Shown piece by piece: positions 12,875 through 25,535 of a stretch of 64,000 bases of DNA; within the stretch, counting starts at the first letter, position 1; every line of letters begins with the position of its first letter. The DNA lies in contig OX597824.1 in assembly GCA_951406725.2 (NCBI GenBank), forward strand, positions 28,830,001 through 28,894,000. Reading direction: 5' to 3'. The notes below the pieces were generated by a model that did not search any database, was not told the origin of the DNA, and saw only the letters and a program-made list of their open reading frames with translations. The position numbers and the translations under genes are program-made. The DNA is from Octopus vulgaris (Eukaryota).

Positions 12875-13630
12875 GCTTCTCAATCACATGGCTCCGGATT
12901 CAGTCCCACTACGTGGCACCTTGGGCAAGTGTCTTCTACTATAGCTTCGAGCTGGTCGAAGCCTTGAGAGTGGATTTCGTAGGCGGAAACTAAAAGAAGC
13001 CTATGGATGATATATGCATGCATATCAGTTATCAACCACCTCACCAACAACAACACTGAACACCTTTTTGATCTCCATGTGTCTAACACACGTGGACATG
13101 CCTACAAAGTCAGAAAACAACAACACAGCTCCCATGACTTTCGGAAACATTTTTTCACGCTCAGAGTTGCTGAAGCATGGAATAAACTGCCTGCGTCAGT
13201 TGTTGACTGCCATGACACTGCATCCTTTAAGGCCCTCATGCTTTCCGAAATCCGCCGAAACTACACCTGATTATATATACACTTTAGATGAGTTGTAGTG
13301 CACCTGAGCACTGTACACAATTATTATTATTATATATGTGTGTGTGTGTGTGTGTGTGTATGTTTGTATGTGTGTGCGTGTGTGAGTATATATGTATGTG
13401 CGTGTCTTTATGTCTCCGTTTGTCCCCCGCCACCGCTTGACAACCGGCGTTGGTGTGTATTTGCCCCCGTAACTTAGCGGTTCGGCAAAAAGAATCCTCC
13501 ACCGAATAAGTGTCAGACTTAAATACAATATAAGTCGTGGGGGTAGATTTGTTCGACTAAAAAAACCATCCAAGGCAGTGCTCCAGCAAGGCCGCGGTCA
13601 AATGACGGAAACAAGTTAAAGGTAAAAAGA
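12875..13630 (+). mobile_element. SINE family A interrupted by a LINE 3' fragment
   Basis: SINE 5' part at ~12875-13008 and 3' part at ~13335-13630. Confidence 0.75.
13010..13333 (+). mobile_element. CR1/L2-like LINE 3' end
   Basis: Peptide NTRGHAYKVRK..DFRKHFFTLRVAEAWNKLPASVV is typical of a CR1-group ORF2 C-terminus; short 3' UTR and (att)n tail. Confidence 0.85.
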
Positions 13631-14140
13631 TTATCATCGTCATCATTGCAGTCTTCATCTTCGTCGTCATCGGTGTGGTCACCGTCGCCGCCGCCACCAT
13701 CGTCTTGGTTGTTGTCATCGTTGTCGTCGTTGTCATCGTTGCCGAGCCGCCGCCGTGGTTCTTGTTTTTGTTTTTTTTTAATCGTCGCCACCGCCGCCAC
13801 CGTCATTGTTTTTGTGGTGGTGGTGGTGGTGGTGGTGCTTGTAGTCGTCGCCACCGCCGCCGTCATCGTTGTCGTCGCCGCCGCCGCCGTCATTGTCGTT
13901 GCCGCCGTCGCCTTCGTCGTCCCGTCGTCTTCGTCGTCGTCGTCGTCGTTTTCGTTATCGTCACCGTCGTCGTTGTTGTGGTCATCGTCGTCGTCGTCGT
14001 CGCCGCCTCCGCCTCCTCCTCCTCCTCCTCGTTGTGGCGTCGTTGTGGTCGCTGCCGCGGCCGCCGCCGCCTTCATCATCATCGTCGTCGTCGTCGCCCC
14101 AACCGCCACCGCCGCCGTCGCCGTCGTCATCGTCATCTTC
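13630..14140. repeat. GC-rich cryptic trinucleotide repeat (GTC/GCC/GGT)
   Basis: Homopolymeric peptides appear in several frames on both strands. Confidence 0.8.
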
Positions 14141-14505
14141 CAACAAAAAAAAAAAAGCGAAGAAAAAAAAAAACAGCAATGGTAATGTACCTTTACAGAC
14201 GTTTTGAAAGAAAAAAAAATAAACATAAAAAAAAATAAAAACAAAAACAAAAACAAAAATAAAAATAAAAAATTTTAAAAATGATTCCTGTACATTTTCA
14301 TTCATTTCGAACCTCATCAAGGTCGACTTTGCATTTCATCATTCCCGAGGTTAACAAAATAAAGAAACTGTCAAGTGATGTGATCGATTTAATCGACTGT
14401 TCCTTCCGCCCACACCCAACACCCACCAACACCAACACCACCACCACTACCAAAACAATAACGAAACAAACACAAATATTTGGTCTCACCAATCGGAGCC
14501 AACAC

Positions 14506-14563
<58 letters not shown>

Positions 14564-15760
14564 GGCGTTGATATTAATTTTATATTTGTTGTGGCTGGCG
14601 CAGTTTTTACTTCGCGTTTACGTTCACGTTTTTTTCTAATGAAATTTATCGTCGCTTGATTTGTTTTTTTATTGTGTTTTTATGTTGTTTTTTTTTTAAT
14701 TCATCGTTTTTTTGTTTGTTTTGTTTTGTTGGGTTTTTTTTGTTTTTAGTTTTTTTTTTTGGTTTTTTTTTTTTAACTATCTTTCAATTTTAATTAAACT
14801 GTTGTAAACGACCGCCATTAACTTCACATTTCTAACCATTTGTTTATTTCTTCGATTACTTCACTACTGACTTTGTTTGTTGCTGTTGTTTTTTGTTTAT
14901 TGTTCTCTGTGCGTGTGTGTGTGTGTGTCTATGTGTGTGTGTGTGTGTATGTGTGTGTGTGTGTGTGTGTGAGGGAGAGAGAGAGACTGCATGTGTACGT
15001 GATGCTTTGTATGTATATGTAATTTCGGGTGTAGTGATTGTGCGTGTGTGTGTATATGTGTACGTAGTTATGTGTGTATGTGATTGTATTGTATGTGTGG
15101 ATGTATCTGCGTTTGAGTGTGTGCATCTGTATGTGTACGTGATACGTCTGTGAACATGTGCGTGTGTATATGCGACTAAATGTGTGTGCGTAATTATGTG
15201 TATACGTGCGCGTACGTAAGTGTGTATGTGTAAGCGTGCACAAAATTATCAGTGTGTGCATGTGCCTCTGTGTGTGTGTGTGTGTGTTTGCGCGCGCGTG
15301 TGTTTGCGCGCGCGCGCGCGTTTCGAAGCTGTAAATTATGAAATAGAATTGTTTTAACAAGAATTCCGCTTCATCAATCTGTGAGCAGATCGATAAGAGA
15401 TGATTGATTTACCGACAGCTTGTTTGTTTTCTATTCCCCTCCAACGATCAAAATACAGCTTCCATTGCATTAACAACGTTCTATCCTTATTTATTCTCTC
15501 TTAGACGGTTTTTTTTTCGCTTTTTTTTGTTTGTTTTTTTTTTTTAGATCAATGATGCAAATATATAAAATGTGGGATGCTTCATTTCCTTGACTTTATA
15601 TTTTAGTTTAGTTACAGATTTCTCAACTATTAACCTAAACTTTTATTGTTTTATTTTTTGTTTTTTTTTTTCAAATTCTCATTTAATTATGACCAAGTAT
15701 ATTCTGCAGTAGCCATCTTTAGTTTCCTTTAGGGTATTTTTGGCATCCAGTGTTATAAAA

Positions 15761-15764
15761 GATA

Positions 15765-15796
<32 letters not shown>

Positions 15797-15807
15797 GGTG
15801 ATGATGA

Positions 15808-15839
<32 letters not shown>

Positions 15840-15858
15840 AGGAGGAGGATGATGATGG

Positions 15859-15905
<47 letters not shown>

Positions 15906-16121
15906 GTGATGGTGGTGAGGATGATGATGATGATGATGATGATGATGGTGATGGTGATGATGATAATGATGGTGATGATGATGATGGTGATGGTGATGAT
16001 AATGATGGTGATGATGATGATGATGATGGTGATGATGGTGATGGTGGTGAGGATGATGATGATGATGATAGTGATGGTGATGATGATAATGATGGTGATG
16101 ATGATGATGATGATGACGATG
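15761..16121. repeat. (GAT/GGT)n trinucleotide repeat
   Basis: Seen directly in the sequence. Confidence 0.95.
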
Positions 16122-16462
16122 ATATGGGTTAGTAGAAAACAAAAGGAGGAAAAGGGACGAGAGAGAGAGATGAGAAAAGTGTTTAAGACAAGTGTGTGTG
16201 GTGAGGTGGTAACAGTGAAAGATAGGAGAAAAAATAGAAGGAAATAGGAACGCCAATGAAGCGGTACTAAGGATACACACAAACACATTAATGTATTCAC
16301 TTTTGAACATATATATATTCTCTCTGTTTCTCTTATTCTTTCCTGCTGCAGAGCGTAAGCGCGAAACACAAAATACTTTTTCACTTTCCCGAACGTCAAA
16401 CTAATACACATTCTTGTTGTTCATACACCTGTCTTTGGCTTTTCTTTTTCTATAAATTTCAA

Positions 16463-16528
<66 letters not shown>

Positions 16529-16530
16529 AG

Positions 16531-16561
<31 letters not shown>

Positions 16562-16727
16562 CAGTTATCGCCAAGCTAATATGGCAGTCCATAAATATAG
16601 GACAAAAGCTGCCGTTGATTAGCTCCAAGAGGCCATCGCCTCTAGCTAGCTATATGACACACGAACCTTTATAACATTATAACCCTCGAAGAGGGGAGGT
16701 CAGCCGCTTCCCCTTGCTGGTCAGGCA

Positions 16728-16770
16728 TCTGCAGACATTTTTCAGGGTATTTGCCCTTTATCAATGCAGA
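16728..16770 (-). ncRNA. Minimal type I hammerhead, U3-A8 core variant
   Basis: Reverse complement: tctgca TTGATAA aggg caaata ccct GAAA aat GTC tgcaga; 6-bp stem I and 4-bp stem II; position 15.2 is mismatched (A instead of C). Confidence 0.65.
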
Positions 16771-16798
16771 GTTGCCAAACCCAGCATATATATATATA

Positions 16799-16878
16799 TA
16801 TGTTTCCTAGCTACCAGATCCTGGAAACTAATTATTAATCAACGAGAGGTACTCTGCTAGCGACCCATCAGGCCAAAA
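16799..16878 (-). ncRNA. Degenerate long-stem-II hammerhead, homolog of 7143-7236
   Basis: Reverse complement: ttttggc CTGATGG gtcgctagcag...ctggtagcta g GAAACa, then runs into (TA)n; the cleavage strand is lost. Confidence 0.45.
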
Positions 16879-17112
16879 ATACCAATTATATGATACCATA
16901 ATTTTTATTCGGATTTGTAGTAACCCTAATTGCTAACCGTGATCAATAAATAAAACCGTTTTTTTTCAGCTTATCGAACTTCGATATGAGAAAAGCCTAC
17001 AACTTTCGACGTCAATAAGTTATAATTTCTCTTGAAAGTTGTTTTATGTTACCTACTACCAACTGCTCGAATCTTACAACCTTTGTATTCCTAGATCCTT
17101 GAATCTTACAAT

Positions 17113-17171
<59 letters not shown>

Positions 17172-17200
17172 CTTTATTAAAACGCAGCAAAAATATCACG

Positions 17201-17246
17201 AAAACTGTTACTCAGAGTTTCACGTTCCCGTTCGTCGGACAGTTTT
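17201..17246 (-). ncRNA. Minimal type I hammerhead (C4 variant) in a fold-back element
   Basis: Reverse complement: aaaactgt CCGACGA acg ggaa cgt GAAA ctc t gag TA acagtttt; 8-bp stem I and GNRA-capped stem II. Confidence 0.8.
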
Positions 17247-17262
17247 GCTTAGAAACTAAACA

Positions 17263-17306
17263 AAATTATCCGACGAACGGGAACATGAAACTCTGAGTAA
17301 CAATTT
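17263..17306 (+). ncRNA. Inverted second copy of the same hammerhead, decayed
   Basis: aaattat CCGACGA acg ggaa cat GAAA ctctgag TA acaattt. Confidence 0.65.
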
Positions 17307-17680
17307 CTGTGATAATTTAGCTGCTTTTTAATAAAGCATATTACTCTACCTCTGGTATTTGAGGCCCATTTTCTAGATAGATAGATAGATACATACATAC
17401 ATACATACATACATACATACATACATACATACATACATACATACAATTAGATATAACATTTACATAGCAAAGATATATATGGATGGATGGATGGATGGAT
17501 GGATGGATGGGTGGGTGGGTGTATTTAAGTACATATGAGGAAAGATAAATAGCTAGACAGACAGGACAGATAGGTGTGTCTATTTCGTACTTTTGTAAGG
17601 GCTTTTTACAAAAGATAGATAAATAGATAGATACATACATACATACATTATTATTTTTTTTATCTTTCTTTCTTTTATTT

Positions 17681-18036
17681 TTTACTTGTTTCAGTCATTT
17701 GACTGCGGCTATGCTGGAGTACCGCCTTTACTCGAGCAAATCGACCCAGGGACTTATTCTATCGATCTCTTTTTGCCGAACCGCTAAGTGACGGGGACGT
17801 AAACCCACCAGCATCGGTTGTCAAGCAATGCTAGGGGACAAACACAATCACACAAACACACACATACATATATATACATATATACGACAGGCTTCTTTCA
17901 GTTTCCATCTACCAAATCCACTCACAAGGCATTGGTCGGCCCGGGGCTATAGCAGAAGACACTTGCCCAAGATGCTACGCAGTGGGACTGAACCCGGAAC
18001 CATGTGGTGGTTAGCAAGCTACTTACCACACAGCCA
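17681..18036 (-). mobile_element. SINE family A
   Basis: Matches 6399-6818 in reverse, with an internal deletion. Confidence 0.9.
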
Positions 18037-18051
18037 TATTATTATTATTAA

Positions 18052-18129
<78 letters not shown>

Positions 18130-18552
18130 TATTTTATTTTCAACGAAAGTATTTAGTTTTTTTCCAAAAAGTAATACTCGACAAACCAAACAAACTGATC
18201 AATAATTAATTTATTTATTATCAATGAATTGATTACTTACTAACTTACGTACTTACTTACTTAATTAATTGATAGATTAGCAATACATAAGTGAACTACA
18301 ACTGCGTGCTGTTATTGATAACAAGATTCTTCCAAATCACAAGATACTATATTAAAGACTTACTAAACAATGATAAAAAAAGTAATGCCAACCACTGCTG
18401 TGGAAATCCACTTCCGAAACTTGGTATGACCGTGCAAACGTTGATGATCTCTGACCCAACGGGGGTGATAAGGGTGCACCACATATTTTTCATGATATAT
18501 TTCAAGATTTAAAAAATACTATTGCTTGATCCTGTTGAAAAACATATTATTT

Positions 18553-18787
18553 AAGGCGGCGAGCTGAGAGAAACGTTAGCACGCCGGGCGAAATACTTAG
18601 CGGTATTTCGTCTGCCGTTACGTTCTGAGTTCAAATTCCGCCGAGGTCGACTTTGCCTTTCATTCTTTCGGGGTCGATAAATTGAGTATCAGTTACGCAC
18701 TGGGGTCGATGTAATCTACTTAATCAGTTTGTCTGTCCTTGTTTGTCCCTCTGTGTTTAGCTCCTTGTGGGTAGTAAAGAAATAGGT
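18553..18787 (+). mobile_element. SINE family B, full length
   Basis: aaggcggcgagctg...gtagtaaagaaatagg. Confidence 0.9.
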
Positions 18788-19540
18788 ATTTCTTGACAAC
18801 CGACGCTGGTGTGTTTCCGTCCCCGTAACTTAGCGGTTCGAGACCTATAGAATAAGTACTAAGCTTACAATGACTGAAACAAGTAAAAGAGTAAAAGTTG
18901 TAGGTATGCATGTATGTATGCATGAGTGTATGCATGTATATATGTGTGTATGTACGCATGTATGTATTTATATATGTGTGTATATGTGTATATATGTACG
19001 TATGCATGCTTGTATGTATGTATGTATGTATATATGTATGTATGTATGCATGCATGTATGTATGTATGTATGTATGCATGTATGTATTTATGTATGTATG
19101 TATGTATGTATGTATGTATGTATGTATGTATGTATGTATGTATGAGCGCCACGGCGTATAAATACCATTGGGAATGAGAGACCTCAGGTCATTTTTAAGG
19201 CATCTCTCTAGAAGATGGCTAATTTGCATATAAATGCCCCTGCTCTACTGAAGCGGATATTTTGAGCTTTTCTTGTCTCTGGCTTGCTGATATTACCAGA
19301 GAGAAATGTTGTGATCAAGCTGCACTCGTTTTGAAACGCAAGCACAGGCTTTGCTGACTCCACATTTTAGCGATGATCATGGTCGTCTAACGAATAGACA
19401 GACATTATTTGTGAATGAATGTACGTAAACATATAAACGAAATAAACTACCCACCAACATGACTACACACTAAATGTAATATAAGATGCAATCTTTATAG
19501 AAGAATTCCCGCATATTCTATATGTGTGTGTATTTGTTTG

Positions 19541-19591
<51 letters not shown>

Positions 19592-19623
19592 CACACACAC
19601 AAACATATATATGCACACACACG

Positions 19624-19666
<43 letters not shown>

Positions 19667-19696
19667 ATATACATATGCATTTATATATATATATAT

Positions 19697-19739
<43 letters not shown>

Positions 19740-19740
19740 T

Positions 19741-19818
<78 letters not shown>

Positions 19819-20033
19819 GCATACACTAATACATATATATGTATATATATGCATGGGTATTTACATGTATGTTTATATATACATATATTCATGTATATAA
19901 GTATATATATATATATAATATATATATATGCATATATGTATACGTGTGTCTGTGTATGTATATATATATATGTATATATAAACACTCATATAAATATGTG
20001 CGTGTGCATATATACATATATATATGCAGATAA

Positions 20034-20071
<38 letters not shown>

Positions 20072-20144
20072 ATGCATTCACACACACACACGCATACATA
20101 CATACATACATACATACATACATACATACATACATACATACATG

Positions 20145-20216
<72 letters not shown>

Positions 20217-20997
20217 TGTATGTATATATTTGCATACTTACGCACATACTCTTGATGATAAAATTCCGGATATTATATACATATCGCAACGTGTGTGTTT
20301 TTTAGGTTCGATCTTATTTGAGTTTTTAAAAACTAATTGACTACTTGTTCTATTTGACTGTATGCCAAAGCGCCCCCTATCGACATTCAGTTTAACAGGA
20401 ATAGAATAGCGAAGTTATCGACGTTCTATCAGCCTCTTTAATCTGTCTTCCCTGAAACTCGTGCAACTGAGTCGAAATATAATGAGGTTCGTTTAGTTTA
20501 TTTGTGTTAATCAGATAGGGTGCCAGTGAGTAAATATAATGTACAGAGAAAGCGATGAACGAAAGAGAGAAAGAGAAAGAGAAGGAGTGAGAGAGACCGA
20601 GAGAAAGAAAAAAGAGGAGGACGAATGAACGAGAAATAGAGAAACAGAGATGAGATAGAGATGAACAGAGGTGAGGTGTAAATAGATGCGCGAGTTGGAC
20701 GTGGAAGGGAGGAGAGAGATTCAATACTTTATACGAACACAGATGACCAAAGATACGTGGGGGATAACAGTGAGAGGATAATTATATTTAAGCCTTTTAT
20801 CACCATCATTATTTGGTTTCAAGACATTCGCGCCAGCCTTCGCCAATTATCCCATTTACACATTAACAAGCAACCAACTTAGCCCCTTATCTAACTTACC
20901 TGTATATATATATATATATAGATATAATTTAATAAATAAAATATATGCATACATACATATATGTACGTACCTACATCTACATGTATATATACATGCA

Positions 20998-21039
<42 letters not shown>

Positions 21040-21162
21040 TACAGGACACCACAAATAGACGTAGAACTCAACGAGAAACGAAAACATAAAAACAAACATG
21101 GAAACGGACTTTTTTTTAACAACGAAAGAACAGAGTACAAGACAAACAATACAAGGAATATT

Positions 21163-21238
21163 CCCCTTCATCAGCTGTCCCTAGTTCGACTCCAAGCGTG
21201 TTTCGAAGGTAAGGACAGAACACGACCCGTCGAACTAG
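21163..21238 (-). ncRNA. Non-circularly permuted hammerhead ribozyme candidate, family 2
   Basis: Reverse complement: ctagttcgac(P0) gggt cgtgTT^ctgtcc ttac cttcGAAAcacg cttgga gtcgaactag(P0') ggacagCTGATGA a gggg. Confidence 0.7.
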
Positions 21239-21485
21239 TCCTTCTTGCAAAAGAATTAAATAAAATTCCTTTGCAGAGGCGTAAAAACAAGGAAAGAAAA
21301 AAATGTGACAAGAACAGGACGTAAAAGCAATACAAATAAAAATACAAATAAAAATACAAATACAAAAAATACAGTACACATAAAGAATAAAAACAGGACA
21401 AGGAAACCAACATTGAGGGCCTTTTTTTAAGCCTAGACGATGGAAAAATTCAGAGCGCAAGAAAAAGTTGTGTTGACCTGTGGAA

Positions 21486-21869
21486 GTTTGTAGGTTTTTC
21501 CTAATATATATGTAGAAACAATAAGACTTTGCTATAGGTCCGTCGTAGCGCTCAAGAGTCAAAATCAAAATCAAAATCACCATACAGGCATGGAGCTTAC
21601 AAATATAATTTCAAGTGCAAGCTTTGCTTATTAGAGAAAATGCACATATTATTCAAAGACAATAATTCTTTGAATCAAAGAAGTGAGTTAATGAACTTAT
21701 GTAGGCACGCGGCTAAATTTAAAATGTCGAATATAAATATACCATATGGATAGAGTATATATTTTGTATTTTGATTTTTTGATTTTGATTTTGACTCTTG
21801 AGCGCTACGACGGACCTATAGCAAAGTCTTATTGTTTCTACATATATATTAGGAAAAACCTACAAACTT
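21486..21869 (+). mobile_element. 5'-truncated Penelope-like element: inverted terminal repeat, endonuclease C-terminus, terminal repeat
   Basis: 21486-21580 is the reverse complement of ~21772-21869 and encloses the coding remnant listed next. Confidence 0.75.
21574..21753 (+). pseudogene. C-terminus of a PLE GIY-YIG endonuclease
   Basis: Manual translation KSPYRHGAYKYNFKCKLCLLEKMHILFKDNNSLNQRSELMNLCRHAAKFKMSNINIPYG*; carries the PY..CxLCxxEK..I..LNxRSE..CRH signature. Confidence 0.75.
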
Positions 21870-22759
21870 TGTTTTCATGTTATTGTATTGCATAAGATTA
21901 CCTTGATTATTTATATTACCTTGATTATTTATAAATGACCCAAAATAGGATGTTATATTTTATTTTATATGTCTTTCGTATATATTTTTATTAATGCACC
22001 CATTTTTTAAAAGCAATGTTTTTTTAAAAAAAGCAATGTTGTCAAATTTAGAATGTTTATATAAGTTTGTGTATAGCAAAGCATATGTATTTGTAAGCAT
22101 GCGTATCTGTGTATGTGTAAGTGAAAGTATGCTTGTGCTTAAGCACGCATACACACGACGGTATGTATATGTATCAATTCAAACTTGTGTATGTATACTG
22201 GCCTCTATAGATGCCAATAATATCGCTACAAGTTTTTCCCCACCCTCCTTCGTTCCTTTTTCTCTCTTTCCCTTTCTTTCGTTCCCCCTCCTTGCTCAGT
22301 ATATGAGAATTGCTACATAGATGAATTTTAGCTTGCGTGCGAGACGGTTTGCGTGAATATATGTACACATGCTTTTATGTGTATAATTTAGATTCATATT
22401 CATACGTCTGTATATGTATGTATGGCGTTTACGCGCATCCTTTTGTGTATGTTGATATATATATGTGGATTTTAATATAAATATGTATTGCAGTATTTAT
22501 AACAGGTTTAATTTCTATGCATTAATTTGTACTGTCTTCATTAACGGCAATAGGTTTTTCCTCGGTTTTTTCCTCGGATTTTATAATTTTTATAAGTTTT
22601 TTTATATATATATACATATATTTTTGACCTTTTTGTTTATCGCTCGAAGATTGACCGTTTTTTCTAAAGGGCCAATCAAACAAGTCCATTTCTGTTTAAA
22701 GGTGTAGCGTTTGTAAGAGTATAGATTGAATTAATATATATGTTCCATTCTAGCAAAAA

Positions 22760-22797
22760 CTGTCTGATGAACGGCAACGAGAAACTCAGAGTAACAG
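22760..22797 (+). ncRNA. Minimal type I hammerhead, same family as 17201
   Basis: ctgt CTGATGA acg gcaa cga GAAA ctc a gag TA acag; downstream sequence matches 17307-17365. Confidence 0.75.
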
Positions 22798-22897
22798 ATT
22801 TTGTTGAATTTTCTGCTGCTTAAAATAAAGCATATTACTCTACCACTGGTATTTGAGTACTCTTTTTTCCACCTTGTTTCACATTTATGTGTTTACT

Positions 22898-22978
<81 letters not shown>

Positions 22979-22979
22979 A

Positions 22980-23045
<66 letters not shown>

Positions 23046-23061
23046 TATATATATATTTATA

Positions 23062-23101
<40 letters not shown>

Positions 23102-23108
23102 TATATAG

Positions 23109-23165
<57 letters not shown>

Positions 23166-23395
23166 CAAAATAAGAAAATGGAGAAATATATCCAAATCAA
23201 ATATCAACTACCAGATAATACCCAATCACATACTTTATTAAACCACCACATAAGAAACTTTAAGGTCAAACATAATGATATAGAAAAAAACAGTGTACAT
23301 AAAGGAGTGTACATAAAGGAATAATATGATACAATAAGTACAATATGTATAAGAGAATATAAATATAAATAAATATAAATATAAATATAAACTAC

Positions 23396-23522
23396 ATCTT
23401 ACAGCTGTTTCGGCCATGCAGATAAGTATGTCTCATTTTACTTATATTAGCCATTTGTGGTAGGCCAATATGTAGTTATAAATGAGACATTTACAAAAAT
23501 ATCCTAAGGCCTCTTCGGAGAT
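23396..23522 (-). ncRNA. Type I hammerhead with ~100-nt stem II insert (C4 variant)
   Basis: Reverse complement: atct CCGAAGA ggcc...ggcc GAAAC agct GTA agat; palindromic stem III ACAGCTGT; inner helix atgtctcattt/aaatgagacat. Confidence 0.7.
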
Positions 23523-23979
23523 TATGAAATACAAACCAAATTACATATACACTTATATAAGTGTGGGTACATACCCATAATATATCATATACATATGCAT
23601 ATGAGTGCATGTACTCATACTCCTATACATATACATATACATAACAATATAAATAATATAAATCAATAAACATACAAATGTTCCATATTCAATGTTACAG
23701 TTTTTCAACTTAATATTGTGATATTACAATGTAGTAAACATACACATATTAATACCCAAATGCAGATATACAGAGTCAAGAGTACATTATATTGATTCAT
23801 ATTAATTTACAAAATGTCATTAATGTTAACATCATTACCATTATCATTACCACTAATGCTACCAATATCATTATTCTTATTATTAATAACACTAATACTA
23901 GTAAAACAATTGTGAACTAAATTGATTACATTACGAATACGGTTCGACTGCTTATGCATATAGTTTTTCGTTATGTATT

Positions 23980-24720
23980 TTGTACGATACTTATTGCAAA
24001 ATGTCATTGATGTCCAGCGTAGATGTTTATAAAATTCCGGGTTGTATGGTTGGAGTCCACAGACTTTTATTCTCATTTGCAAGGGTTTTCAATATTAAAT
24101 GCAATAGATGGAGAACAACAACCGACATGCAGAAAAAATACAAATGGAAATATCTGAAATGGTTTAATTCACCGTGTAATTTTTTTGTAGTAAAATTGGT
24201 TGAGAAAATATGCTTTAATTTGTTGAATAAAACATGGCCCGACTATAATAAAATGATAAAATATCCAATTGGAAAATATATCAGAAAATATACCAAACGT
24301 TTCGTGTAAAATGTAGATACTGAAATCGTATATCTTTAAACTAATTATTGCAAATTCATTAGCATGTAAATATTTAAATTTTATTGTCTCTCGAGAGGGT
24401 CATTTTGCCCATAATAAACTGCGCCGCTCGGGATGCAACATAATATGTTTCAACACACTAGTTCATATCAAGAATCTTGCAAACCAAATACAAAATTGAA
24501 ATTTAATTTTAATTAATCAGAATATTTCACAAACTCTATATCTAGTGTACAATATACTGTAAACGGCAATAAGCTTAGTTTTCTCAAAATCACTGCAATA
24601 ATCTTCTGCCCTAGCACAACTATGATTTCAGAAATGTCGTACTGTTTCTACTAGATTATAAATTCGAATATATTTCAAATGTTTACAAGCTACTTTCTTT
24701 TCATAAGCACATGTGAAAAA
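23980..24720 (+). pseudogene. Highly decayed PLE RT-to-endonuclease linker
   Basis: KWFNSPCNFFVVKLVEKICFNLLNKTWP resembles the WFNPP..V...G..FL.LI.KHFP motif of PLE ORFs. Confidence 0.4.
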
Positions 24721-25339
24721 AAAAAATGAGTAAATGAGTGATCTGCAGTGTATAAATGAGGTGTTCATAGATATTTTTTAATCAAGTTTTATTTTGTATC
24801 ATGTGACGAAATATAGGAACATATTAGTAGACAATACACCTATACCCGACTGAAGTCTTCGTCACTCATAATGAAATACAATTCTAAAATGAATATAGAG
24901 AAAACATACATGTGTTACAAATATATATATATACACGACTGATGATGTCACTAACAAAAACACACTTAACTGTCGAAGTATAAACCTAACTGTCGGATTT
25001 AGAATACTGGTGGTAACATCTACATCAACAACATTGAACTTGCACACTCCAACATCACTTCATCTTGAAACTGAGCTTACAGCGGTCTAGAAAAATAGAT
25101 GGAAGATTTTAAGACCTCTGTTTTTAAGAAATTAAAAGGAGATCCTTCCAAAATAGGAAAAATAAGATATATGAATATAAGATATATATTAAAAAAAATA
25201 AGATATATGAAAAATAAGATATTGATACAGCTAATTATTTAATACGACATATGAAAAAATGAAACTGGTCTCCAAAATATAGACGAAATAACAGAAATGA
25301 AACGAGGAGAACAAGAGAGAGACGAAGGATCGACACGAA

Positions 25340-25535
25340 ACGTTAGCACGCGGGCGAAATGCTTAGCGGCATTTCGTCTGTCTTTACGTTCTGAGTTCAA
25401 ATTCCGCTTCCGCTGAGGTCGACTTTGTCTCTCATCCTTTCGGAGTCGATAAATTAAGTACCAGTTGCGTACTGGGATTGATCTAATCGACTGCCCCCCC
25501 AAAAAAATATTTCGGATTTTGTGCCTAGAGTAGAA
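25340..25535 (+). mobile_element. SINE family B
   Basis: gaaacgttagcacg...gagttcaaattcc...catcctttcggagtcgataaattaagtaccag. Confidence 0.85.

Noticed and set aside
13519-14320. Overlapping 110-245 aa ORFs in a GC-rich island
   Set aside because: Cryptic trinucleotide repeat open on both strands; no domain or convincing splice context.
19221-19234. Octamer ATTTGCAT overlapping TATAAA
   Set aside because: Expected by chance in AT-rich DNA; no downstream gene or snRNA recognised.
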